DNA from: Ktedonobacterales bacterium
GTDB lineage: Bacteria; Chloroflexota; Ktedonobacteria; Ktedonobacterales; JADMIN01
DNA: 32,000 nucleotides
Reading direction: 5' to 3'
Assembly: GCA_030167145.1 (NCBI GenBank)
Contig: CP126532.1
Location: 1,980,001 to 2,012,000, forward strand
Shown: one piece after another, positions 8,944 to 16,362 of the stretch
Layout: each line of letters opens with the position of its first letter
Numbering within the stretch: position 1 is the stretch's first letter
Notes under the pieces: model-generated
Databases searched by the model: none
What the model was told of the DNA's origin: nothing
The model's input: only the letters and a program-made list of their open reading frames with translations
Made by a program: the position numbers and the translations under genes

Positions 8944-9546
8944 ATGAGGCGTCGAATGGAGATGCGCGCAGGGCGGCGGTGGGGCCGCGTGTGGCTGCCG
9001 TTGCCGCTGCTGTTCGCGGCGCTGGCGTTGGGGCTGCTGGCGGGATGCAGCGGGGGGCAAGCGCAGCAGCCAGGGGCGCCGCTGGCGGCATCTACGGCGA
9101 CGACGGGCGCGACGACGACGCCCAGCGGGCCACCAGCGCCGACACCGGTGGCGATCACCGATCTCACGACGTTTCGCCAGAAGCTGGCGGCAGCGGTGAG
9201 CAGCAATAATTGGGCGCAGGTGGCGCCGCTACTCAGCCCGGATTTCAGCTTTCAGGGGCCGGAGAGTGGCGGTGCTCGGCTGATTATGCCAGGCGCGGGG
9301 CAGGATTTCAAGGGCTACTACAAGGGCGCGGGAGGATGGAGCCAGGCGGCGGATTGGGAGGTGAACGTCCACTACTGCTTTGCGGGGAACCTGCCAGCAA
9401 ACCAGCAGATGGGTTTCGATGCGGGGGATGGGGTGTTCATGCTGGCGGGGATCGAGAAGTGGCAGGGGTACTGGGTGCTGTCGTGGGCGTTCATTGATTC
9501 GATGGGCGGCGGGAATGCGTGCATGAGCGGGGGCGGACCCGATTAG
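8944..9546 (+). CDS. Lipoprotein of unknown function (lipobox LLAGC)
   Basis: Signal peptide RRWGRVWLPLPLLFAALALGLLAG|CSGG. Alternative starts at ATG 8956 and 8962 are better spaced from GGAGAGGG. The mature part shows protein-like composition. Confidence 0.7.
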   Translation: MRRRMEMRAGRRWGRVWLPLPLLFAALALGLLAGCSGGQAQQPGAPLAASTATTGATTTPSGPPAPTPVAITDLTTFRQKLAAAVSSNNWAQVAPLLSPDFSFQGPESGGARLIMPGAGQDFKGYYKGAGGWSQAADWEVNVHYCFAGNLPANQQMGFDAGDGVFMLAGIEKWQGYWVLSWAFIDSMGGGNACMSGGGPD

Positions 9547-9556
9547 GCGCGGCTTT

Positions 9557-9760
9557 CGATCATATTGCGGAGATGCGCACTATGATCGGGATGCACGAGT
9601 TAGAGACAAGGGCGACCATTCTTCCCACATGGGAAGAATGGTCGGAAGCACTAGGGCCAAGGGCGATCATCTTCTCCATGTGGAGAAAATGGTCAGGAGC
9701 GCCGGGACTACGGGTTATCATCTTCCCCATGTGGGGAAGATGATCGGAAGCACGATGCGA
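9557..9760. repeat. Tandem array of 4 hairpin units with a period of about 51 bp
   Basis: Hairpin 1 is CGATCATA..TATGATCG (9557..9588). Hairpin 2 is GACCATTCTTCCCA-CA-TGGGAAGAATGGTC (9614..9643). Hairpin 3 is GATCATCTTCTCCA-TG-TGGAGAAAATGGTC (about 9665..9694). Hairpin 4 is ATCATCTTCCCCA-TG-TGGGGAAGATGAT (about 9716..9743). Units 2 and 4 are each followed by CGGAAGCAC. Confidence 0.85.
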
Positions 9761-9800
9761 GAGAGCGGCGGGTGGCGAGATAGGCGATAAAGGAGGTTCT

Positions 9801-9823
9801 CGGCATGAATGCCGCGGGTAATC
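9801..9823. repeat. Family R1 core copy (CGGCATGAATGCCGCGGGTAATC)
   Basis: A 23-nt run is identical to the core of the copies at 26..84 and 137..195. The flanks have diverged. Confidence 0.7.
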
Positions 9824-9891
9824 ACTGCCCAATGTCATTGCAACTACCTGCCGCACGATAGTATAGCGTGCTGGATTTGCGCGGCGTGGTG

Positions 9892-10761
9892 CTAGTCGGT
9901 GGTGTCGTCGCTGGCTGCGTCTGCGGCAAAGAGTGATAATTGTCCGCCTGCCTGGATTTGCGGCTGTTGCTCGCGGCGCACTTGCTGGATGCTCTTGGTG
10001 GGCGTGGGCTGATCTTCGGGGAGCGTGCCGCCAAGCTCTTGAATGGTGCGGCGCACGACGCGCCCTACCTCGAAGTGGGCCTGATTGGCGGCTTCTTTGC
10101 CGGTGATGTCTTCGCGACGGAGCTTCTCTTCGGTCTGGGCGATGCGGAACATGTTCGCCGCCAACTCGGAGAAATTCATGTGGTCGAGGATGGCCTGCCC
10201 CGGTTTGAGGCCCTTGCGGTTGGCGATGTCCTTCGCGGTTTCGCCACCATAGAGGCCGCGATAGCCGTGATTCTGGAAGACAGCGAAGTCACGCGTGGTG
10301 ACGACGCCCGCCTCGCTGGCGGTTTCGGCCAGTTGGAGGTTGCGTTCGGCGATCTCGTCGCGCAAGTAGAGGCGCTTCTGGTCTTCGGTCATGCCGGCCA
10401 GTTCGCCCGCCAGTTCGGCACGGCGGGTCTGCACGGCGAAGTAGGTCTGCCCCAGGGCGACGATGGGCTTTTCGGGGTCGGCGTTCTGGACGATCAGGTA
10501 GCAGGCGTAGCGCGAGAGGTGAACGTCTTCGATTTCGCGTTGCGCGCCAGAGCCAAGGGTGACCATTTTGCTGACATCAGCAAAATGGTCCAAAGTGGCT
10601 TGACCACTGGTTTCGCACGCTTTTTGTGCTTGAGTGATGACCTGGGCAAAGTTGCGCCATTGTACATAGCCGAGCAGTTTTGCTAGCTCGCGGGCGCTCC
10701 AAAATTCGTTGCCCTCGTCGGATTCGTGACGGATCTGCTCGAATGGGGATGTGTAGCTCAC
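9892..10761 (-). CDS. dinD: DNA damage-inducible protein D homologue
   Basis: GTG start at 10761 with GAGGAGG 7 nt upstream. Similarity to E. coli DinD, as I recall its sequence, runs along the whole length. Matching segments include PFEQIRH..WSARELAKLLGY, LSRYACYLIVQNADPEKPIVALGQTYFAVQTRR, FAVFQNHGYRGLYGG, ILDHMNFSELAANMFRIAQTEEKL and VRRTIQELGGTLPEDQPTP. Confidence 0.88.
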   Translation of the reverse strand: MSYTSPFEQIRHESDEGNEFWSARELAKLLGYVQWRNFAQVITQAQKACETSGQATLDHFADVSKMVTLGSGAQREIEDVHLSRYACYLIVQNADPEKPIVALGQTYFAVQTRRAELAGELAGMTEDQKRLYLRDEIAERNLQLAETASEAGVVTTRDFAVFQNHGYRGLYGGETAKDIANRKGLKPGQAILDHMNFSELAANMFRIAQTEEKLRREDITGKEAANQAHFEVGRVVRRTIQELGGTLPEDQPTPTKSIQQVRREQQPQIQAGGQLSLFAADAASDDTTD

Positions 10762-11172
10762 GCGATGCCTCCTCGATGCTCCATAGGTCGTATCGGGCCG
10801 GTACGCACCGGCTTACAGATATAGAGATACGCACTTCGCTGGAAAAGCGGAAAAACGGCGGTGCGGGGCGCGCGGCCAGCGGGGAGGATCGCCGGAAGAG
10901 CACGAGGCCAGCCGCGCGTGGATCGTGTGCGCATGAGGGGTACGCCTCCTTCAGATGGAGGCGCTGGCAAACAGAAGAGGCGAGCCAGCAAGCGACCAGG
11001 CGGCGACACATGGGGCTATACAGCCACCAAAGCCGCATGATATGCTGAGCGAAGCCCTGCCCGCTGCATGATCCAGCGCCGGGGTCAGCGGGCGTCAGAT
11101 GTTGCTGCATCTGGCGCTCGCGCACATGTACAGGGGAAGTGTAGCACAGCGGGCGGGAAACGTCTATGCGCG

Positions 11173-11868
11173 CTAGTGGGCGGAGATGGTGTCGCGCTGG
11201 CGGGCGGCACGGCGGGCGGCGCGGAGACGGAGCTGGGCGGTGTGGGCGGGGCGGAAGCGTGGGACGATGAAGCGCCAGATGAGATAGGCGGCGATCAATG
11301 CGCCAACAATCGCCCAGCCACCACGTTCGATGACGGTTTGCAAGGTTTCGCGCTGCGCGCCAACGAAGTAGCCGAGCAGACAATAGCCAGTGTTCCACAG
11401 CAGCGCGGCGATTAGCTCGAAGGTGAGGAAGCGCAGGTAGCGCATATGAGTCGCTCCGGCGGTGAGCGCGACGAATGAGCGGATATGGCCGACGGTATGG
11501 GAGATGAAGATGGCTTTGCCGCCGTGTTTCCAGAGCAGCTTGCGCGCCTGACGCAGCCGCCCGGCGAGATGGAAGCGCCGCCCGAAGCGGCTCTGGGTGA
11601 CGGGTCCGGCGACGCGCGCCAGGACGAAGCGACCGAGCAGGTAATCGGCATGGTAGCCGAGGACGGTGCCGATCCAGGCGAAGAAGATGACCCAGAGGAG
11701 CGAGAGAGTGCCCTGGCGGGCGTAGAATGCGCCGAGCAGCGCCAGCGACCCGCCCGGCAGGACCAGCCCCAGCAGCGCGGTGTTCTCGCCGAGCGAGCCG
11801 AGAAACACCAGCAGGTAGCCAAAGCGGTCATAGAGCTGGCCGAGCGAGTCAATCCAGGCGTTGAGCAT
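11173..11868 (-). CDS. DedA family inner-membrane protein
   Basis: Within ORF 11173..11895. ATG 11868 (MLNAWIDSL...) is preceded by GGAGGAATCGCGTT. It carries the DedA signature region YLLVFLGSLGENTALLGLVLPGG and multiple TM segments. Confidence 0.8.
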   Translation of the reverse strand: MLNAWIDSLGQLYDRFGYLLVFLGSLGENTALLGLVLPGGSLALLGAFYARQGTLSLLWVIFFAWIGTVLGYHADYLLGRFVLARVAGPVTQSRFGRRFHLAGRLRQARKLLWKHGGKAIFISHTVGHIRSFVALTAGATHMRYLRFLTFELIAALLWNTGYCLLGYFVGAQRETLQTVIERGGWAIVGALIAAYLIWRFIVPRFRPAHTAQLRLRAARRAARQRDTISAH

Positions 11869-12143
11869 AACGCGATTCCTCCAGGGACTCCCCATGGGTA
11901 TCTACGAGTACGCGATACCGCCAGTAGCGTAGCGCCGTGGTGTGAGATGATGCTGTGGAACATCTGTGACGAACCTGAGACGGCGGCTGAATGGCTGCAT
12001 GGGCGCGGTTCTCATGTTCGATTCAGCTTTGACTCAGGTTTGGCTCACACGGCTGATACATGCTTCTTTATGGGGAGACGCCGCGCAGAGCGTGGCAATG
12101 AGCACGATGCGGCAGAGAAGCGGCACAGCAAGGCATAAGCAGT

Positions 12144-12821
12144 ATGAAAGCGCACATTCTGGTGGTGGATGATGATCCACGTATTATCGAACTTCAGCGG
12201 CGTATCCTGGCCTACGAGGGCTATAGCGTGGCCACGGCGGCGACGGGCGGCGAGGCGCTGGCGCGGATGCTGGAGCGCCCGCCGGATCTGGTGATTCTGG
12301 ACGTGATGCTGCCGGACCTGGATGGCTTCGAGGTGACGCGCAGGTTGCGGGCCGCTGGCGACACGGTGCCGATTCTGCTGGTGACGGCGCGCGACGCGGT
12401 GGCGGATCGGGTTCATGGGCTGAAAACGGGCGCGGATGATTATCTGGTGAAGCCGTTCGCGCCGGAAGAGTTGCTGGCGCGGGTGGAGGCGGCGCTGCGC
12501 CGCGCGCAGCCGGAACGCAACGAGGTGCTGCGCTACGCGGATGTGGAGCTGGATACGGGCACGCGCATCGCGCATCGCGGGGGACGCGAGATCGAGCTAT
12601 CGCCGACGGAGTATGAGTTGCTGACGCTGTTTCTGCGGCGTCCGCGCCAGGTGCTCACACGGGACATCATTATGGATCGGGTGTGGGGGCTGGACTTTGA
12701 AGGCTCCTCGAATGTGATGGAGGTGTATATTGGCTACCTGCGCGCCAAGCTGGAGGCTGAGGGCGAGTCACGACTGATCCATACGATTCGGGGGGTGGGC
12801 TATGTCTTCAAAGAGGTATAG
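12144..12821 (+). CDS. OmpR/PhoB-family response regulator
   Basis: The receiver domain motifs are ILVVDDD, the phospho-acceptor context LVILDVMLPDLDG, and KPF. The C-terminal winged helix is LSPTEYELLTLFLRRPRQVLTRD...IHTIRGVGY. Confidence 0.92.
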   Translation: MKAHILVVDDDPRIIELQRRILAYEGYSVATAATGGEALARMLERPPDLVILDVMLPDLDGFEVTRRLRAAGDTVPILLVTARDAVADRVHGLKTGADDYLVKPFAPEELLARVEAALRRAQPERNEVLRYADVELDTGTRIAHRGGREIELSPTEYELLTLFLRRPRQVLTRDIIMDRVWGLDFEGSSNVMEVYIGYLRAKLEAEGESRLIHTIRGVGYVFKEV

Positions 12822-12835
12822 TCGGAGGCGACCGC

Positions 12836-14497
12836 GTGAGCGATGCGCGCGGCGAAGAAATGGTTCGCATGGGTCGCGGTAAAGCATCGCAGGGCGTGCT
12901 GACGCTCTTGAGCGACATCGCGAATATGCGGAAAGGCCCGCTGGCGGCGCGGCGCGCGATGGGCGGCGGCAAAGGCGTGGAGCGCGAGCCGCGTTCGCTG
13001 CGCCTGCGGCTGGCGCTGTGGTATGGGGCGCTGCTGGCGGTGGCGCTGACGCTCTTCGCGGGGCTGATTCTGTTGCTTTCGGCGGATGCGCTCAATAGCA
13101 GTGTGGAGACGGCGATCAGCGCTGAGGCGCGTGGGGTGCAAACGCAGCTTCACACGGAGTTGAGCGCTACGCCACCCTACTGGCCTGAGCGGCTGACATT
13201 GCAAGGGCTGGACGCTTATCGCGATCCGGGGGTGGCTATCGAGATCCGCGACAAAGCGGGGCAGGTGCGCTATCGCTCGCCAGGGGGCGCACCGGAACCG
13301 GCTGATGCGGGGGCGCTGGCCGCCGCTGCTGGCGGCACGGCAACATGGTTCACGGGGCGGGTGGATGGCGAGCGGGTGCGGGCTGAGGCGATCCCGGCGC
13401 GCGCGGGGGAGAATGGGCCGGTGGTGGGGGTGTTGATCGTGGGGAAGTCGCTGGCGGAGGTGGATGCGACGCTGCGGCTGCTGCGGACGCTGCTGGTGGT
13501 GATGGGGCTGGGCATCCTGGCCGCCGCGCTGGCGGGCGGCTGGGGCATCGCGAATCGTGTGCTGCGGCCACTGGGCGAGATCGGCGCGACGGCGCGATCA
13601 ATCGCGGCGACGACGGCGCAGAGGGCGTGGCCGGGGAGCCTGAGCCAGCGGGTGCGGAGGCCGTCTGGACACGATGAGATGGCGCAGGTGGTGGATACGT
13701 TCAACGAAATGCTCGACTCCCTCGAAGACGCGACGCGGATCCAGCGGCGCTTTGTGGCCGACGCATCGCACGAACTGCGCGCGCCGCTGACGACGATTCA
13801 GGGCAATCTTGCTTTTTTGCAGCGGCATGTCGAGGCGCTTTCGCCGGCAGAGCGGCGCACGATGTTGAGCGACGCGCACAATGAGACGCTGCGGCTGGCG
13901 CATCTGGTGGACGATTTGCTGATGCTGGCGCGCGCTGATGCGAGCACCGACGGCCAGAGCGCGGGCCGCGCTGATGCGGGTGAGGTTGCCTTGGAGTCAG
14001 TGGCAGCGCGGGGGCAGCCCGCGAAGAGCCAGCCCGCTGAACTGGACCGGGCGATCTTGCAATTGGTGCGCCAGTTGCGGGCGCGATTGGCGTCTGAGGG
14101 GGCGGCGGTGTCGCTGACGGTGGGGCATATCGAGCCTGCGCGGGTGCGTGGCGACGAAGAGACGCTGCGGCGCATCGCGCTGATTTTGCTGGATAACGCG
14201 ATCAAGTATACGCCTGCGGGCGCGGATGGCAGGCCAGGGGAGATCACGGTGTCGCTGGAGCGGCGCGCGGGGCAGGCGGTGCTGCGGGTGCGGGATACGG
14301 GGATGGGTATCGCCGCCGAAGACCTGCCGCACATTTTCGAGCGGTTCTATCGCGCGGACCGCGCACGCGACCGCCAAGGGACGGGGCTGGGCCTGTCCAT
14401 CGCCGAGACGCTGGCACATCAGCTTGGGGGGAGGATTACGGCGGAAAGCATTGTGGGCCAGGGCAGCACGTTCAGCGTATGGCTGCCGCTGGCTTGA
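12836..14497 (+). CDS. Sensor histidine kinase (TM-sensor-TM-HAMP-HisKA-HATPase_c)
   Basis: It starts 14 nt after the response regulator stop. The start is uncertain: GTG 12836, ATG 12860 or a later ATG. The H-box is FVADASHELRAPLT, the N-box is LLDNAIKYT, and the G-boxes are RDTGMGI and GTGLGLSI. Confidence 0.9.
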   Translation: MSDARGEEMVRMGRGKASQGVLTLLSDIANMRKGPLAARRAMGGGKGVEREPRSLRLRLALWYGALLAVALTLFAGLILLLSADALNSSVETAISAEARGVQTQLHTELSATPPYWPERLTLQGLDAYRDPGVAIEIRDKAGQVRYRSPGGAPEPADAGALAAAAGGTATWFTGRVDGERVRAEAIPARAGENGPVVGVLIVGKSLAEVDATLRLLRTLLVVMGLGILAAALAGGWGIANRVLRPLGEIGATARSIAATTAQRAWPGSLSQRVRRPSGHDEMAQVVDTFNEMLDSLEDATRIQRRFVADASHELRAPLTTIQGNLAFLQRHVEALSPAERRTMLSDAHNETLRLAHLVDDLLMLARADASTDGQSAGRADAGEVALESVAARGQPAKSQPAELDRAILQLVRQLRARLASEGAAVSLTVGHIEPARVRGDEETLRRIALILLDNAIKYTPAGADGRPGEITVSLERRAGQAVLRVRDTGMGIAAEDLPHIFERFYRADRARDRQGTGLGLSIAETLAHQLGGRITAESIVGQGSTFSVWLPLA

Positions 14498-14571
14498 GGG
14501 CGAAGCGATGTGAGCGAGCGGGCGGATGATTAGGTTTTGCATTTTATGGCGGACACGGACCTAACCCCCGG

Positions 14572-14594
14572 CCCCTTCCCTACCAAGGAAGGGG
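14572..14594. terminator. Hairpin CCCCTTCC-CTACCAA-GGAAGGGG between convergent genes, possibly a bidirectional terminator or repeat element
   Basis: A perfect 8-bp G/C-rich stem sits in the 156-bp gap between the kinase stop (14497) and the rnhB stop (14654). There is no U-tract on either side. Confidence 0.35.
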
Positions 14595-14653
14595 AGCAGG
14601 AGCGCACGTCGCGTGCGGACCCGACACGGGAAGGGGGCAGAGGGCGTGCTTGC

Positions 14654-15301
14654 TCAGAGGAGCGTGGCTTGCACGGGCAGGCCGTCGAGGATGGCGCGGA
14701 CGGGGGCGAAGGAACGGCGATGGTGGGGGGTGACGCCGAGGCGACGCAGCGCGTCGAGATGTTCGGCGGTGCCGTAGCCCGCGTTGCGCTCCCAGCCGTA
14801 GCCGGGGTAGCGCAACGCCAGCCGCCGCATCAGGCGGTCGCGGACGACTTTGGCGATGATGGAGGCGCAGGCGATGGCGTAGCAGGTGGCATCGCCGTCT
14901 ACCAGGGCGGTGTGCGGGCCGAGGTCTACGGTCTTGACGGGGCTGCCGTCAATTAGCGCGTGGTCATAGGGGGCGACCAGCGCCAGCGCCCGCAGCATGG
15001 CGAAATGCGTCGCGCGCAGGATGTTGACGGTATCTATCTCGGAGACGGGGGCCGCGCTGACGGCCACGGCCAGCGCCTGGGCGCGAATCGCGTGATAGAG
15101 CCGCGCACGCTGTGTGGCTGAGAGCGTCTTGGAGTCGCGCACGCCGGGGAGCATCGCGCAGCCCACCGGCAGGATGACCGCCGCCGCCACCACCGGACCA
15201 CTGAGGCAGCCGCGGCCTACTTCGTCTACGCCGGCCACGCGGACGATGCCCGCAGCCCAGAGCTGCTGCTCTACATCCAGACACGGCACGAGCGCCGCCA
15301 T
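14654..15301 (-). CDS. rnhB: Ribonuclease HII
   Basis: ATG 15301 with AAGGGGTGA upstream. The motifs are [21 protein letters not shown] and DSKTLS. The length of 215 aa fits RNase HII. Confidence 0.9.
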   Translation of the reverse strand: MAALVPCLDVEQQLWAAGIVRVAGVDEVGRGCLSGPVVAAAVILPVGCAMLPGVRDSKTLSATQRARLYHAIRAQALAVAVSAAPVSEIDTVNILRATHFAMLRALALVAPYDHALIDGSPVKTVDLGPHTALVDGDATCYAIACASIIAKVVRDRLMRRLALRYPGYGWERNAGYGTAEHLDALRRLGVTPHHRRSFAPVRAILDGLPVQATLL

Positions 15302-15341
15302 AGCTGGTCACCCCTTTGTGTGGCCCAACAGGAAACACCGA

Positions 15342-15379
15342 AGCGGAGGCCGCCGGACTGTGACCGGGCTGCCTCCGCT
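15342..15379 (-). terminator. Stem-loop between rplS and rnhB, possibly a partial terminator or attenuator
   Basis: AGCGGAGGC (15342..15350) pairs with GCCTCCGCT (15371..15379) around a 20-nt loop. On the minus strand it is followed by TCGGTGTTTCC, a weak U-tract. Confidence 0.35.
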
Positions 15380-15416
15380 GGGACGGTGACATACGCTGCG
15401 ATGACGACGCGACGAA

Positions 15417-15770
15417 TTAGTCGCGGCGCTCTTTGAGCCGGGCGGCCTTGCCGCGCAGCCCACGCATGTAGTAGAGGTTCTTGCGCCGCACGATATTGTG
15501 GCGCACGACCTCGATTTTGTCGAGTTGCGGCGAATGCAGCAGGAAGCTGCGCTCAACGCCGACGTTGTTGGCGATGCGCCGCACCGTGAAGGCGCGCCGC
15601 AGGGCATCGCCGCGCAGGCGAATCACCGTGCCCTCGAATACCTGGATGCGCTCACGTGTGCCTTCGACGACCTTCACATGGACGCGCACCGAATCACCGG
15701 GTTGAAGCTCAGGCCGGTCGTCGCGCAGTTGCGCCTCTTCGACCGCCCGAACGAGCGTTGCCACCGACAT
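15417..15770 (-). CDS. rplS: 50S ribosomal protein L19
   Basis: Full ORF with AGGAGG 8 nt upstream of ATG 15770. The sequence [27 protein letters not shown]...FTVRRI..GVERSF.LHSP.. is typical of L19. Confidence 0.95.
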   Translation of the reverse strand: MSVATLVRAVEEAQLRDDRPELQPGDSVRVHVKVVEGTRERIQVFEGTVIRLRGDALRRAFTVRRIANNVGVERSFLLHSPQLDKIEVVRHNIVRRKNLYYMRGLRGKAARLKERRD

Positions 15771-15802
15771 AGTTCATTCCTCCTGGTAGAATGCCAACGC
15801 CT

Positions 15803-15832
15803 AGTATAACACGGCGGCGGCTACGCGCACAA
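15803..15832 (-). promoter_or_regulatory. rplS promoter: TTGTGC-18 nt-TATACT with a TG extension (TGTTATACT)
   Basis: The minus-strand reading of 15803..15811 is TGTTATACT. The -35-like TTGTGC is the reverse complement of 15827..15832. The promoter lies about 30 nt upstream of the rplS RBS. Confidence 0.5.
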
Positions 15833-15885
15833 TAGGAGTGTTGGCGGTTGATGTGGTTTTAGAACGAACGGCGGACACGGCGCGA

Positions 15886-16010
15886 GCGAGCGGTTGAAAC
15901 CGCGCGTCGGGCGTCCACCGGACGCCCCTACGATGGCGGGCGACCGCGAGGGCTGGCGGTTGAAACCGCGCCTGGATGGCCTGCGGCCGCGAAGCCCGCC
16001 TACGCGGGCT
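15886..16010 (+). repeat. Family R2 intergenic repeat cluster with two GCGGTTGAAACCGC modules plus the GGGCGTCCACCGGACGCCC hairpin
   Basis: GCGGTTGAAACCGC occurs at 15890..15903 and 15957..15970. The GGGCGTCC-ACC-GGACGCCC hairpin is at 15909..15927, followed by CTACGATGGCGGGCGACCGCGAG. A GCCCGC-CTAC-GCGGGC hairpin is at 15994..16009. The cluster is near-identical to 27769..27815. Confidence 0.85.
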
Positions 16011-16039
16011 GGAGATCGCGGGTGCGTCCGCATTCTGTG

Positions 16040-16249
16040 TTATGCGGTGGCGTAGGCGCGTGGTGGGGGCAGCGGCTCACCGCGCTCCGTGGCGCTCTCG
16101 ATGAGCATCGCCAGCACGTCCTGCCCGTTCTTCACCGCTTCTTCGTATGTGGCACCGTGCGTTTTGGCATATGGCCCCCACTCTGGCAGACTCACTACGT
16201 ACACCTCATCCTCCGGTGCCCATTCGATGGTCATGGAATAGTGATTCAT
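16040..16249 (-). CDS. HicB-like antitoxin domain protein (69 aa) with no adjacent HicA
   Basis: MNHYSMTIEWAPEDEVYVVSLPEWGPYAKTHGATYEEAVKNGQDVLAMLIE matches the HicB_lk_antitox pattern (...PE..G..a.G.T.eEA..n..eal...). Confidence 0.7.
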   Translation of the reverse strand: MNHYSMTIEWAPEDEVYVVSLPEWGPYAKTHGATYEEAVKNGQDVLAMLIESATERGEPLPPPRAYATA

Positions 16250-16322
16250 GGCTGCTTCTGCTCACTGATCGGCGGGCGGATGAAAAGCGCACTGCAGGCG
16301 CACGTTTCGCACATTTCCTGGC

Positions 16323-16331
16323 ATTCTATCA
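16323..16331 (-). promoter_or_regulatory. Extended -10 promoter (TGATAGAAT on the minus strand) for the hicB-like gene
   Basis: The plus strand ATTCTATCA at 16323..16331 reads TGATAGAAT on the minus strand, about 75 nt upstream of ATG 16249. Confidence 0.4.
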
Positions 16332-16362
16332 CTCGCTCCACAGCCGTCGCCGAAGCCAACTT

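Noticed and set aside
9557-9760. Possible CRISPR array, from regularly spaced palindromic units
   Set aside because: The units differ from each other with compensated substitutions. The spacers are only about 22 nt and are partly conserved (CGGAAGCAC). There is no leader or cas context.
10762-10900. LexA/Cheo box (GAAC-N4-GTTC) upstream of dinD
   Set aside because: I scanned both strands by eye and found no GAAC or GTTC half-sites in the region. The different palindrome that is present is reported as a finding instead.
11896-12143. TTGACT at about 12031 as the promoter of the two-component operon
   Set aside because: The best downstream hexamers (TGATAC and GATACA) lie 19-20 nt away, which is outside the usual spacing. 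The evidence is too weak for a call.
15821-16033. Small ORFs encoding recurrent GGRPSRGFNR-like peptides. These also appear in 27691..27939 and in the N-terminal extension of 2130..3431.
   Set aside because: The shared peptide is simply the minus-strand translation of the R2 DNA repeat. There is no RBS, the ORF boundaries vary, and the sequence is Arg/Pro/Gly-rich.
15771-16362. A HicA toxin partner for the HicB-like gene
   Set aside because: There is no ORF of 50 aa or more with an RBS on the same strand on either side. The flanks are occupied by repeats and a promoter.
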